From the NCBI GenBank assembly GCA_036172245.1, contig JAYWIR010000023.1, positions 496,001-560,000 of the forward strand: a stretch of 64,000 nucleotides of DNA, written 5' to 3'. Below, piece after piece: positions 51,101 to 64,000 of this stretch. Both the position numbers and the translations under genes were made by a program. The notes beneath the pieces are model-generated. The model saw only the letters and a list, made by a program, of their open reading frames with translations, was not told the DNA's origin and ran no database searches. Positions within the stretch are counted from its first letter, which is position 1, and each line of letters starts with the position of its first letter. This DNA comes from Raillietiella orientalis. Taxonomy: Eukaryota.

Positions 51101-54100
51101 GCTGGAAGCCTGAAAATCCCCGATCACGAATCCCACATCTTCCTCGAGAGGAGGAACCAAATTCTATGAGCAATTAGAAAGATTATTGGAAGGAAGAAAA
51201 ATGCACCATACTTCTCTTGGAAGGAATGAGCTCTCTTCATACTATGACGACATTGGAGAATGCCTTTCCACTTTATACAAATCCAGATTCCTTCCATTTC
51301 CATTCATTCCTTCCATTCTCTTCATGCAGCATAGGGTCGATCTGGAGCAGGAAAGTGCATCTCATCCTGTGGACACTTGGCAACCCAGAAGCACCGGTTC
51401 CCATTTCCGTCACCAAACAAGAAACTGGGGTGTATTTTTAGAGAAAGTTTTGCCAGAGGTCATTTCGAATGTCGCCATCTTCCTCTAAGAAGTAAATTGG
51501 ACGAAGAAAAAAAAAACCGATTCTGGAAAACTTGGAACCTTAGTCATACGCATCTTCGTTTTCTGAATTGCCTTCTCCTTGACCGCAACATTTATCAAAA
51601 TCTCCGAGCTTGAGGGATGATGTCTACCCAGTTCAATTTAGTCAAAGATTCTCTGCTACTAAAAAGAACAGAATCTCTGGCATAATCTCTCAAGTAGCGA
51701 ACCGAGACGAAAAAGGGAGCTGCGTCCTGGAACTCGATGAGTGCTGATCCTGTCCAGCAGTCACTGAGCCGCAAGCACTGCTATAAGAGCAAATGATTCA
51801 TATGGATGGATGGATGCCGTCCAGTGAAACAGTTTGGAAGCTGGGCGTAGGTCGTTGAAAACGGAAGAACGTGGGTGAGCTGCCATATATTGGCGAAGCT
51901 GGAGCTACTGCTGCCTGGAAATAAGAGCTTTTTGGCGAATGCTCCTTTCAAGAGAGGAAGTAGGCCTCTTGTGATGCTTTTTCTTGGCGTCGGGAAGCTG
52001 GAAATGCTAAGGAAACTTATCATACAGTGGAGAACCTATATTCCTGAAAGAGGAGGAATCATTCCTCGTAGCAATTCAGATTTGAAAGTCCTTCAGGAAT
52101 AGGTTTTCCTCTTTGCTCTGCCTTATAGCAGAAAGCAGAGCGAATCCACTTGCAGGATGAACCGCTCATTTTGATTGCTACTCTACAACAGACTGAACAA
52201 CAATCTCCTAAATTCCTCATGCTAGGTACCCATACATTCCAAAAAAACATCAATCAACATGCTCTACTCTCCATTTACTCTTCTATTGCACACTCCTGTA
52301 GGTCATGACCCTTCCCTGTTCTAGCACATACAGCTCATCGCACTCGCGTGCTCAGCTAGCTGACCTTTTGGAGGTCAGCTTCATTTTCTTTATCAACCTC
52401 TCCTCTCCCCTCATCTCACTACCTTCTTCAAACTTTCAATTCCAGGACGACTTCCTCTTTTATCCCCACCTGTCCAGCTGTTCCTCTCGGGACGGAGAAA
52501 ACAAATGCAATGGACCGAATGGTACGCGCTTGTCTTTCTCTCAGCTGAGACGTACGTCTACTGATGAGGCTACTCTCAAAATAGCGGAGTCTTCGGACTG
52601 TTCACTGGAGAAATGTCTCTTTCGACCTCAAAGTTCATCAATAGTTAGTCAACATCCCTTCAAGGTCTCAAGGACTTTCTCTTGAAATGTACTTCTCTTG
52701 TGAGGCAGTGATACGGGATGATTTGAAGATGCCGTTCTCCCATCAGCAACCAAAGGAAAGGAGACCTCTGCAGCAGCAGTCAGGCTGACTGCCTGCTGAG
52801 GCACATCGATCATCAGCAGGACGCCCGTGGGATGTGCTGTTTGTTTTTACCTTTCGTCACGCACATCTCCTTCCTCTCTCCACATCATTATTCTCTCTTC
52901 CTTCCTTCCCGCCATGATGGCGACTCTAGGATCTGGAGAATGAAGATTTTCTCATCTCCATGAAATAGGAGTGGAGGAAATGGAGATCTCCTCTCATGAC
53001 TACTAAACTGTACTATGGCTGCTCTCTTCCTCCCCCAGCATGGAGGTAGAAAGAAGGGGAGAAACTTTTAGTGATTCTTGGATCACCAGAGGATTGCTTT
53101 TCAAGACAGAAGGGAACGAATCACCAGAGGAAGAGTGGGAAACCGGGAGGGTTGTTTAAAGAAGTTTGAGGGAAGGAGACAGATCGTGAAATCTGGGCGT
53201 GACGGGGACCTCCATTTTGTCCAGCAGGCATCCAGTAGCTAGTAATCTCTGAGAGCTGCTTCTCGGGTGAACCGACTATATCGACGCACTTGAGAGTTTT
53301 CCATCCTTTCTCCAGAGCGTCTTCTCTCCTTTCGCCAGCAACTTTTCTGACCTTCTGCTTGTGAATGGCATTCCAGCGGTAAACAAAGTGGAACAAGATA
53401 GTCATTGAGAGTACTGCTTACTTGGTATCCCACGGAGGGAAGAAAATCAAACTTCTTGCTGTTTGCAAGCTGAGTCAAGTGCAAGTGAATGCTGGGAAGG
53501 ATTTGCGTCAGGAAACTTTCGAGTTTAACAAAGTCAGCAATCATCCAAAAGATAAAGCATGCATTGGCAATGGTGCCTTGTACTAATGGGAACACGCGTC
53601 TTTGAGTTCTCCTATCTTGAGGCCGTTGCCAGGGCTGTCGTTCTCGAAGGTACTACTTTTCTTCGAGCGGTTCACTTGTGGACTAGGTGCATTTTACCTT
53701 TCTCTGGTGCTATGATTGAGTAAGATTATCACAGAAAAAAAAGAAAGGCCTTGGTCATTCCCATTCTCATCGATTGGTACCAAAATTCTTTACGAATGCA
53801 CCTAAGGACTCCTTAGTGCAGACAGAAACCAGAGATCCAGTCGAGGAAGCCGCAAAACTAATCATGAACTCGGTATTCTGTGAAATCATTCAAAGGTATG
53901 AGGACGCCATTAGCTCTAGAGTACGTTATCAGTCCGAGATAGGGGAAGAGAAGGAATTCATCCATGGCCATTTGCTTGAGTCAAAGAGTGTTATGGGATG
54001 CATTGATTCACTTATCATTTTTCTTTTTAAAGGGAAGAGACGTTTACGAATCCAATGACAAAAATAATCTCGTTTAGGATTCCACTGAGCACTTTGCTTC

Positions 54101-56690
54101 CAGAAATTCCTGAATTCTCCTGGAAAGACGATAGAGACAAAGATGAAAAACAACAGCATATTTAGATGTGAAACAGTAAGACCAGGCCAAAAAAAATGAT
54201 TCGAGGATACAAACGAGTGCTTCTCCCTCGACTGGCATTTGTACAGTACTTTTCTTGAGAGGAAAAGCGAATGGTGAATCGGCCTAATATTCTTATCCTA
54301 ACGAAACATTCTTTGATGAGATGTGATGAAAAACAATTGCATTTCCATTTACTTTTTCTGATACATGATTTAGAGGGATGATTCTTTTCAGAGACTCTGA
54401 GTACTTTTATTTTGTGTCGTAAGCTTCCTAAGCTTCCGCAGTGTGAAGAGTTGCACACTGCGCTCTACTGCATTGCATCAAAAGTCGTTAATGACCATGG
54501 GTCCTGTTTTTATCTTTTTGATGACTCATGATGTTAAGGACTTGGTCACATGCTGCATGTAGTAGCAAATTTTCTGGTTAGCTGAAAGATAACTATCATG
54601 AATTGCATTCCAAAGAAAAAACTGTATGAACCGGAATGCATTTTCCAGAACCTTTTAGGAATTACTTTAGAACATCAAATTATTTGAAGTGAATGCCGCT
54701 GCTAAAGACTTCAGAAATGCTATCCTCCTGGTTTCAGTACAAGGTTTTGTTACTGAACTTACAAAGACACCGAATAAGTACCGAACAAACGAGCAATTGG
54801 AATCAGGAAATATTCATTGCCCGAGGTATGGAGATTCGGAATAAGATCAGGATAATTATGAAGAATCATGCTTCTAAGGTCTACTGTCTTTATGAGGACC
54901 TTGAGATAGAAATCAAGTTTTGTTTTGTTTTGTTTGACGTTGCTATACGGTACTTCTTTTTTTTTGTTTTCTTGACAGGACTTATCAAGTATCTTCATTT
55001 TCCTTACATACTCGATCCATATCTTGTGTTCATTCTCTTTGCTATTTTGCTAAGTCAATTGATCTAAGTGTCTCTAAACACCTATGTCAAGTGAATTTGT
55101 TTTCAATACTGCTTATGACGCTTCATCTCGAATATTAGCACTCGTTTTAAAGCAAAACAATCAAAAATCATGAAATTTGCTGATATATATATTTTTTTGT
55201 TCAGTGTTTACTTTTAATTTAGCCACAATAATGTGTGTTGAGATGTGATGATGTTGATGACGCACGTTTAAAATATTTCGTTGCTTCGTTTCAATTTGCA
55301 TGTTTGTAAGCCGTTTCAATTATTTGTTTCTGCTTCCATACGATTGAATTTTCTTACTACCTAAGGTTCGCAATGTCTGAAAAAATAGAAACCCAGTGTT
55401 TAGAGAGGACACTGAGAAATACATCAAATATAGTGCATGTTTGAAGTAGCTATTTTTATTATCTTAATAGAGTATTTCTTGGAGAATCGGAAAAGTACCG
55501 TTCATTTGTTAAAAAAGGAAGAGACGTATGAATTTAGAATAAATATGACATCGAAATCAGTACCCCGTATGGTACATTTGCTAATTTCCTTGAAAACAAT
55601 TTTGAAATCTCTCTAGGACCAATGGTCAATAAAATAATAAAATCCATCGCACCGTGAAATGTTGCAGCAGTTGACCACTGGTCGCAGTGACCAGTTTCGA
55701 TCTCAGTGCTCCTTTTTTTTTTGAATATTTTAGTTTTGGAATTATTTTTTCATCTAGATTGATAGCACTGGGATATTGTATTTGAAACTTTCACCCTAAT
55801 TACAATTAGAATGCCTTATTGTTTTTGCATGTGAACAGCTAGGGTTGAAATGTTTGTTGAGGTATGAAATAAAGAAAAAAGCAAATGTGTCCATGTCATT
55901 TGAGTGATGTATAAATTATAAAGACGAATAAAGAGTGCTATTTGTTGATATCTTGTAAGAAGGATAAATTATTGAATTATCACAAAGAATCCACGAACCA
56001 AACATTCTTTAAAACATGCCAAAATACGGACATGGCTTCCCATTTCAGAAATTATGATTAAGAGTTGATTGTCATTGTAATATTAATATCACTTCAGAAT
56101 AGTATCAAAAAAGAAGAAAAAAATTATCAGTGAAGACATTTTGGAAATCCTTCATCCGAGAAATTTATATTATATTTTCGAAAAAATCCTGCTTCTTGCT
56201 TCATTTTTCATTTGTCCATATTTTAAAGGATCACACAATAAGTAATTGGGTGTTCGATATAGGACTCAGCACTGAAATTGGTAGTGTGCAAATTCCATGA
56301 AAGTCATAGTAAACAATTCCACTGCTTTCTTACTACTTTTTCCAGTAACTTGTTTGTGCAATGCATGATCCATGTAAACCACGAAAGCTTTCCTAATGTT
56401 CAAAATAGGTATAATACTCGAAAGCTTGACAAAATAAATGAAACTAACAGTAAGATGTTCTTAATTTTTAGTACAGTGCAAATATAAATCGCTATGAGCA
56501 ACCGGATTGCTTTTGTCTGAATTATCGTCCATGCATTCCATATCTACCTAACGCCACTTATTGCATTAGAGAACAAATAATTCAATGAATGAATCCATTC
56601 AGGCAGCAAAAACGCTTGGCGCAAGCGTGTTGTCATGTATCATTCATACGTAAGTCGACCAAAACATCAACTGTGAGATGCAAGCCTAGA

Positions 56691-59600
56691 ATGGCTTCGC
56701 AAAAGCCAATAGAATGGATCAGTTCTCTATTAATCAGATTCGAAGAACAGGTATAATTGAGCTTAAATTCGATTTTGATTTAATTTCTTAAATTCTGGAT
56801 GGCAATTAAAGGGTGCCAATGAAATGATTGCACTTCAGTATGAATGGGCATTCCGGGTTTGTACTTTTGCATGGAAAAGGTTTATGGTTTCTTAGAGAAA
56901 AGTAAATTTTTATCGAAGTAAAACAAAAATCATAAAGTTCATCCGAACGGTATCTCCCTGGTTCTAGAAAACACAGAGAACTTGAGATTTTTGTTTAAAC
57001 ACGAAAGCACAATGAGCCTTTGACACAGTCATTATTCTTTCAGTTTTCAAATCGTATTCTTCCCTGCCTTGCTTCTTAAGATCGATTACCAAGGTGTTAG
57101 TAATAATTAATTTTTTGGAAAACATGAAAGCGTGTACTCATTTTCACAAAAGCCCATGTCAGTGCATACTAAAAACCGAATCGAGTTTCGAAATTCTGAA
57201 CTACATCTAGACATTAACATAATTTTTAGGTACCCGCATTTAATTTTTGAGAGTAAGTAGTTATGTTTTGAACTTTACCAAATAAATCGGCACTAGTAAT
57301 ACATGAGTGTCCAATTAGGTTAAACACATTGGAGAGTTTTCCCTAGAAGGAAAGCTACTTTAATGTCCAAACAGTTTTTTCCCCTTGTTTTTTTCCGTCG
57401 TTTTGGATTAAAGCAATGTATTCAAAAGAGTTCTTAAACGTATTCTATAGAACATCTCAATGTATTCTTATTTAGTTAACTTTGTAATTAGAAAAGAAAA
57501 AGAATAGCACTTCCCATCTTGTTGTACACAAGTTGCTTACATGGGTTTTCCTGAATTCCTTTGTACCTGTCCTTCTCTGACAAGTTAAGGATTATACTGT
57601 GCATTATACTAAATGATCTTATTCCCATGTGTAGTTTGGCACAAGTCTGAATATCCACATAATCAGATTAGTGCCATAGTATATGCATCACACCAACATA
57701 TAAACATAAAATGTCTCACACTAATGTAATTATTTTTTCAAATTGCCTGAAACTTTGCTATTACTCTGAAAGATTCATTTGACGCAGACAACCATGCTAT
57801 TTCATGCAATTTATATTAGCTTTTTTCGTAAGCAATTTTTATGCTTATTTGTGTGATGATCATGAATATATTTCTCTAAATATAAATGTTTATTCTTATG
57901 TACTCATAATCCAGGAAAGCCATGTAAACCAAACCAGTGGAGTATTTATCGTAAATGTATGTTATATTGCAAACAAAAAAGTATCTCATGTGAAGCTTTG
58001 ACTGAGTATATTCATAAAGAAAAAAATGCATGCAGATGTTTCAGTATTGTAGTAATTCACTTTCCATTTAAAATTCATCATATCAAATTGCAAAGAGAAC
58101 CCAGCAGAATATTGTTTTATGATTATGTTTCAATTCTGTTGTTTGTGGAAGATTACAGTAAATTGTAATTATGTAGGTTATAGGATATATTCAGTATTTT
58201 AATGCATGTTCAACATCCTAACAATGAATTGAAAAGCAGCTTCAAAAAATAAACTTCAGGAATGTAGAGCAATATTAAAGTTAAACATTTAATTAAGTAA
58301 CACTGCCTGAGTGAAAGAATTATTCAGATTTTGTGTTTCATTTGATATTACCAAGCATTTATTAATATTAATCTGAATTCTTAAAACGATTTCTGTTTCT
58401 GTAATTTTCTATATTCATAAGATATTAAATTAACATCAAATGAATATTACAGTGTAGCCAATACTGTAAGTTCAGTGAAAGATGCAGGTAAAAAAGAGTC
58501 ATGTTGTAACTCGAATTAACGTGTTGAAATAGATCGCAAATGAGTGAGCACATCTATTTATATTAATTATTGGATGTTTCAAATGGTCAGAAAATGTTGG
58601 TTTGGTTCAAATAAATATACATGAAACAGCAAGTGTTTGTAATGTGAAATAGCTGCCATTGATTATGAAAAGAATCATTAATCACCGGTTTTCATTCAGT
58701 AATTATTAAGAATACAAACAAATTCGTAAGTGCCACATACTGTATCCATGAAGTCTCAAAAGCCATTTACAAATGAAAGAGCAAAAGCTGGTAACTACGA
58801 TCAAAATTTTCTTCATCTTAGATAAATGAAATGAAGAAACAATAAATGAAAAAAATAGTTTTTGAATTTTGAAATGTTTAACATAGAAAATGCCTCACAC
58901 AAAATTCTTGGAACAGTGGCAACCAAATTCCCAGTTTTTGCACCAAAAGTAAGGCAAAAAAATTGTTCAAGTCGATGATGTTTATTTTCAATAAAGCTTT
59001 TGGCATGATAGAAGAAAATACAAGATGTATGCACAAAACGGAAACCGTTTTTAAAAATAGCAAGCCCAGAATCATTTGTTTGAAGGATTGTAAGCTAAAC
59101 TTGGAAGACTATCTAGGCAGTGAAGCTTTGAAGTACTCATTTGTTTCCATATGAGCATCAATTTTGATTAATGCACAAACTATAATTAATGTAAGACTTT
59201 TGCAAGATTGCAGTTGAATAATTGAGATACTATAATGCAATGTTGCAAGCAGAGTGCAAATATCCCAATGTAAACAAAAGCATTTAATGTTGTCAGATAA
59301 GATTCAACATTATATCTTAATATGCATAGAAATAAAAAAAGGCGTTACCCATTACAGTTTCAAAATTACATTCAAGGATGTATCGGAGAGAAGTGCCAGT
59401 TTTAAATTAATGGAAGAATTAAAGTTTTCAGAAATTGAACTAAAAATATGGTTGAAAAATCAAGCCATTAAAAGTATAGAAGCCAGAATGGAAACAGACT
59501 GGTTTTTACATCAAATTGATCATGCAGTTGGTTGAGTTTGTTTGTCAGAGTTTCTAAATCCCAAGTCAAATTGTGTTTTTGATTTTTGTTGTTCTACAGA

Positions 59601-62600
59601 ACTCATTTTTTTTTTTACAGGAACGTGAATTTGCCTTTTGTTTGATTTCCCAAACTGTAAAATGTATGCTTTCAGTGCAAGTAAGTATTTGCAAAATTTC
59701 AGTGAAGAAAGAAAAGGTACTTAAGATTTATTGTAATAGTGCATAAACATTTCTTTATTCAGTAAACATTGTTTATCATAGCAATATATTTTAATACATT
59801 CTAGTATATGAGAATTGCTCAGTCAGATTATTAGGAAATCAGGCATCTTCTAGTCTCAAGTTGAGAGAATTTAATAATACCTAATTATTGATTAAAATGA
59901 ATTGAAATTTTCACATGTGCGTTTCCATGTCTATTAGTCTTGAGAAATTTTCATTGTTAAAGTAATGACATTTTAAAAATTTCATTAGTTTTGCATACCC
60001 TTAAGGTGTATTAAAAAATTCTTTTAGATATGTTGCAATTTTCTTTAGTCATAAAGATCCTCCAAGTGCACAGATAAGAATTCCTATAAATCTTGTTGGA
60101 TTATAGCATATTAATATTTTACAACTGATTATTGCCAATTCTTACAATGATAGAATCAGTTTCAAAATTACTAACCAAAGGAGTAATTGCTTAAGACATT
60201 CCACTTCCAAAATAGCATAATCTGTGTTGAGACAAATGAGAAGTACCTCTCAATTTGGGGGATAACTGAAGGCACAAAAAGATCATTCTTTTTGTAATAC
60301 TCAAAGATGTAAAATTCTCCATAATGTTGAAAGTTGAGTATAGGAAAGACTTTGCATGAAATGCTGTAGTATAAAGCAGTATTTTTAATCAAGAAACAAA
60401 TCTTGGGTTTCATAAGAGTAATTTTTTTTACTGTGTTATTCAAATTCCAGTATATGATAGCATGACCATATAAATATTTCCTGTGCTGTATCTTTCCCTG
60501 GTATCTAATGTCGTCATTGCAGCATATTGATTTCCCTCTGCATTACATCAGTAAACTAAATCATCTAATAGACTCATGATAGCCTTGTTTTATTTTTCTC
60601 TATTCTAATGCAACTTCAGTGACTTATAGAGTACTGTCCATGTGTGTTTAATTTAAAAAACTGTTGTGGTTCAGTTCACCAAGCAAATTTTGCAATAGGT
60701 GTATTTATTAAAATTGCTTATAATTTCCAATGATTTATCAACCATGTCTAACTTTTAAAAATTACTTGTTTCAGTTGGAACTTCAGCTATTGGGAGTATT
60801 ATTATTCCGTATTTCACAAACAGAATGAAGGCACTTTTACTTCTGCTAAAGATTTGGGGAACCATTTTCGATATTTTTTTTGGTTCAACTGAAGAAACAA
60901 TTCTTACACAAAAATATAGATTTTGATATTTCTCTGTGTGCAGAGTTATTTAAAATTCACGTCTGCTACATAATTGCATCAAAGTACATAATTGTTGATA
61001 TTCAGTCCTTGCAAATTCAGATTTCTCAAGTGAATTTTCAATAATTGAATCTTCAGAAAATTGAGAACAGTATTTGCCACAAAAGCTAACAGAATGTAAA
61101 GTAACACATAAAAATGCTAGTTGTTTTGCAAAAAATAAATGAATTACATTCTTTTGCAAAATTGTCTTTTTTGTTGTTGTTGTTGTTTCGTAATTCCTAA
61201 TCTTGGGTGCATTGACGAGGTTTGTCAGTTTACTTGGTCAGTGCATCAGGGGCATGAATTTGAGTTCTCTGAATAATGGTTGTATCGTCAAATCCGTGAT
61301 TTAGTTTTTGAAAACATTTCAGATATATTAATGTAGGTAATTATTTGCATTTTTACACTTACTATGTTTCAGTATGGTTTTTGGTTTGTCTAATTTAAAT
61401 TTTTGTTTAGTTACCATGTCGTACTGGGTCATATACCACACATTCCAAAATGAATATTGAGCAGAACAAAGAATGCCTTATTGCAATTAGCAGAAGCAAG
61501 TTCTCATTAGTTGTATCTGGATTAACAAAAATTCTTCAAAGGATCAATGAATTGGTAAAACGAGTTTTTTATTCAGGGGATCTGATTGTATTTGAAAAGA
61601 AGTCTTATGGATGCGATCCAGAAAAAAGTTACTATGATTCCGTAGTAATTACATTGGATACATTAGAAAAATGTCTTAGTTTGCAACCAATTGATGTTTC
61701 CAAATATGAAGAAGCCATGAATGTTAAGCTGTTAATTAGAGAATTGTGCCAGTTTATTGATATGCAGATGGAAAGTGTCATGTTTTCACAATTAAAAGTT
61801 TTGGCATCCAAAGTTCTTTTTGCGTTAAGTTTAAACAACTTTGGTTCCGTATTTAATAGAATTTCAGGAAGGTTCGCACATGATTTAAGAATGATTGCTG
61901 TAAGCTAAGGTTTTTGATTCTAGGTTACAGGAACTGACTAACTGTACGGAGGAATCTGTGGATCTAGTAGATATTGAACTCATTCAACATATCAACGTAA
62001 ATGAACAGAGATTAATAAAACTGCTCAATGGTAACATGATCTGGTAAACTTTTTGAAACACATGTACATTTTTTACACTTCAGAAGTGCTGTCCAAATTA
62101 AAGACCCTTAAGAAACCAGCATATACTGTCCTCATGAATTCTTTAGAGAAAGCTATTTGGAATTGGATAAGTACTTATCCTGAGGAATTTTCCAAGTCAC
62201 AAGTTAGCTTTGGGTTGTTTGTTTTTCCATTTCCGAGCTGTGATTATTTTTCAGAAAGTCCCTAATGAAGAACTGATCAAATGTTGTGATCGTTTATTCG
62301 AGCACTTGGATGTGGTAACTGAAAATAACAAAAGAAAAGCATTATTTTGGCCATTGCAAATTATGTTACTAATTCTTTCTCCTGTGAGTTATCTCTCTCT
62401 CTTGCTTGGTAAGATAGTTTTAGGCTATAGATGGCTCTTGAGGAGATTGTGAATACTGATGCAAGTACTTCCTGCCCACCAAAGCTCCAAAAAAAGAAAA
62501 TTTTTGTAGAGCAGCTGCGGAAATATTTAGTTCCTCATGGTAGCAGTAAGCAGTTTTCCGAAGCTGCAGCTGTCACTTGTGTCAAACTCTGCAAAGTAGC

Positions 62601-64000
62601 CACCTACATTAATCAAGCCAAAGATTCAAATAATGTGATTTTGATTCTTTTTCAGAATATTATCACAGATTTAAAAGTAAGTCAGATAGGATTGTATGGT
62701 TCTATTTTTTCCGTAGTTGTTGTTGTTCAATCCCAGCAAACCTTTTTCGCGTGGTCAGCATCTTGTTAGTCAAGATGTGGAACTGATGATTGATTGTTGT
62801 GTATCTCATTTCCGCATTTGGCCCCATAATGCTGATTTGATTAAAGTGTGCCTAAGCCCTAGTTCCCCTTCCACTTTCCATTTTGTGTTGGCAAATAGTT
62901 TGTATAGGTAAATTTCTAAAAAAAAAAAAACATTATCCTTAAACGAATTGCTTTAGAATAGCAACTCAGTCACGGCTTCCATGGTGGTCAGATATTAAGA
63001 TAATTTACAATGAATCCACTGAACTGAGGAACATGTTCACAGAAACTTTGACAAAAGTTATCCAAGGGTATTGTACACATGCTCCTCTGAAGCAGACTCA
63101 GGTAAATTTTTTTTTTTTTTTCATTTGTTTCCATTTATATGCTCAATTGGGTTTTCGATGTTGATGTTCTGTTTTCAGAGCCTTACTCTCAGGGAAAAAG
63201 TTACTACTTTAAAGTTTAAGGAGAAGGCTATGGAAGAAGGACCTAGCTATCGCAACTTGTTGTTATGGTTGGTACGACTCATCCGCATTGATCCTTTAAT
63301 TATGCTCTATGTATGTTATAACCCATTATTAATCCTTTGAAATACTTGATCATTTCCAGAGCCAAGGTCAAGCAGGTCATGAAATTCAGAGCTCAACTTT
63401 GGAAGTGATCAATGGCTTGGTATCACTTGTCCAGCAACCACTAATGTCAGATATAGCACAAGAAGCTATGGAAGCCCTTTTAATTCTTCATAAACCAGAA
63501 AATATTGAAATGTGGAATCCAGAAGCCCCAATTAACACATTTTGGGATGTTAGGTAAGTTCATGTGAAATCAGTAGGACTTTATTGTTGTTTAGTTCCCA
63601 AGTATTATTTTCCATATCACAAAAACTTATTCAACATCAAATAATGAATTACATCGAAATTTTGAAATGGTTGAAAACAGTTCTTATATGCCGCAACACA
63701 TTTTTGTTGAAGCATCGAGAATATGCTAATGTGGGAAGTCAAATTCCTATTTGCAAACAAGCTCATATCAAATTGGAGGTATCCATTTTACTGGATTTGC
63801 TCATTATTCATATGGAAATCGTTGTAGGCTGTGTTCTTTATGTATTTGTGGAGTGTCGACATTGATGCAGTACTCATTGCAATGTCATGCTTTGCTCTTT
63901 TGTATGAAGAAGCAGAGATTTGCTGTGGGTCTAATGAAGTTAGCATCATGTATTCACTGCCCAACAATGCAGTATATCAAGATTTAGCAGCAGCATCCAC
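56691..64000 (+). CDS. NF1: Neurofibromin (NF1), 5' portion; gene continues beyond the window
   Basis: Exons 56691-56750, 61411-61554, 61600-61871, 61924-62030, 62084-62202, 62255-62383, 62431-62676, 62717-62907, 62957-63101, 63179-63310, 63360-63553, 63595-63778, 63828->64000; GT-AG and in frame. MASQKPIEWISSLLIRFEEQLP, NKECLIAISRSKFSLVVSGLT, LSLNNFGSVFNRIS, WPLQIMLLIL, CVKLCK, LLFNPSKPFSRG, IAQEAMEALLILH, WNPEAPINTFW match the neurofibromin N-terminus. Confidence 0.96.
59621..59680 (+). CDS. Candidate in-frame cassette exon in NF1 intron 1 (EREFAFCLISQTVKCMLSVQ)
   Basis: Acceptor T11-acag, donor CAA|GTAAGT, 60 nt, phase 0/0, no stop codon. No expression evidence. Confidence 0.4.

Noticed and set aside
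63779..63827. NF1 intron starting GTATCCAT (possible U12 intron)
   Set aside because: Deviates from GTATCCTT and has no TCCTTAAC branch site. The tccttaaac in intron 62908-62956 has a U2-type donor.
1..64000. tRNA, rRNA, CRISPR arrays, prokaryotic operons
   Set aside because: None seen; the sequence is intron-containing eukaryotic DNA with no regularly spaced repeat-spacer array.

Overview
Eukaryotic, arthropod-like genomic DNA: the proteins resemble insect/crustacean orthologues and most introns are only 40-55 nt. The window is a mosaic. Two GC/CpG-rich blocks of heavily decayed transposons (~1-24.7 kb and ~42-54.7 kb) contain fragments of several non-LTR retrotransposons, a hAT MITE, a piggyBac-type MITE and possible ankyrin-repeat pseudogene relics. 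They alternate with AT-rich gene blocks holding four intact spliced genes: TMEM268-like (minus), DENND1/connecdenn (minus), SMARCB1/Snr1 (plus) and the 5' part of neurofibromin NF1 (plus, runs off the window). The most notable observations are (i) a tandemly duplicated terminal coding exon of TMEM268 giving two alternative C-termini, (ii) a clean in-frame 60-nt candidate cassette exon in NF1 intron 1, (iii) tight DENND1->TMEM268 coupling, with an in-frame splice acceptor 3 nt before the TMEM268 ATG and AP-2-type WxxF-acidic motifs in both proteins, and (iv) three stop-free 3n micro-introns. Gene models were built by eye from GT-AG sites and recalled protein similarity; TE family calls rest on degenerate motifs only, have approximate boundaries and are tentative.
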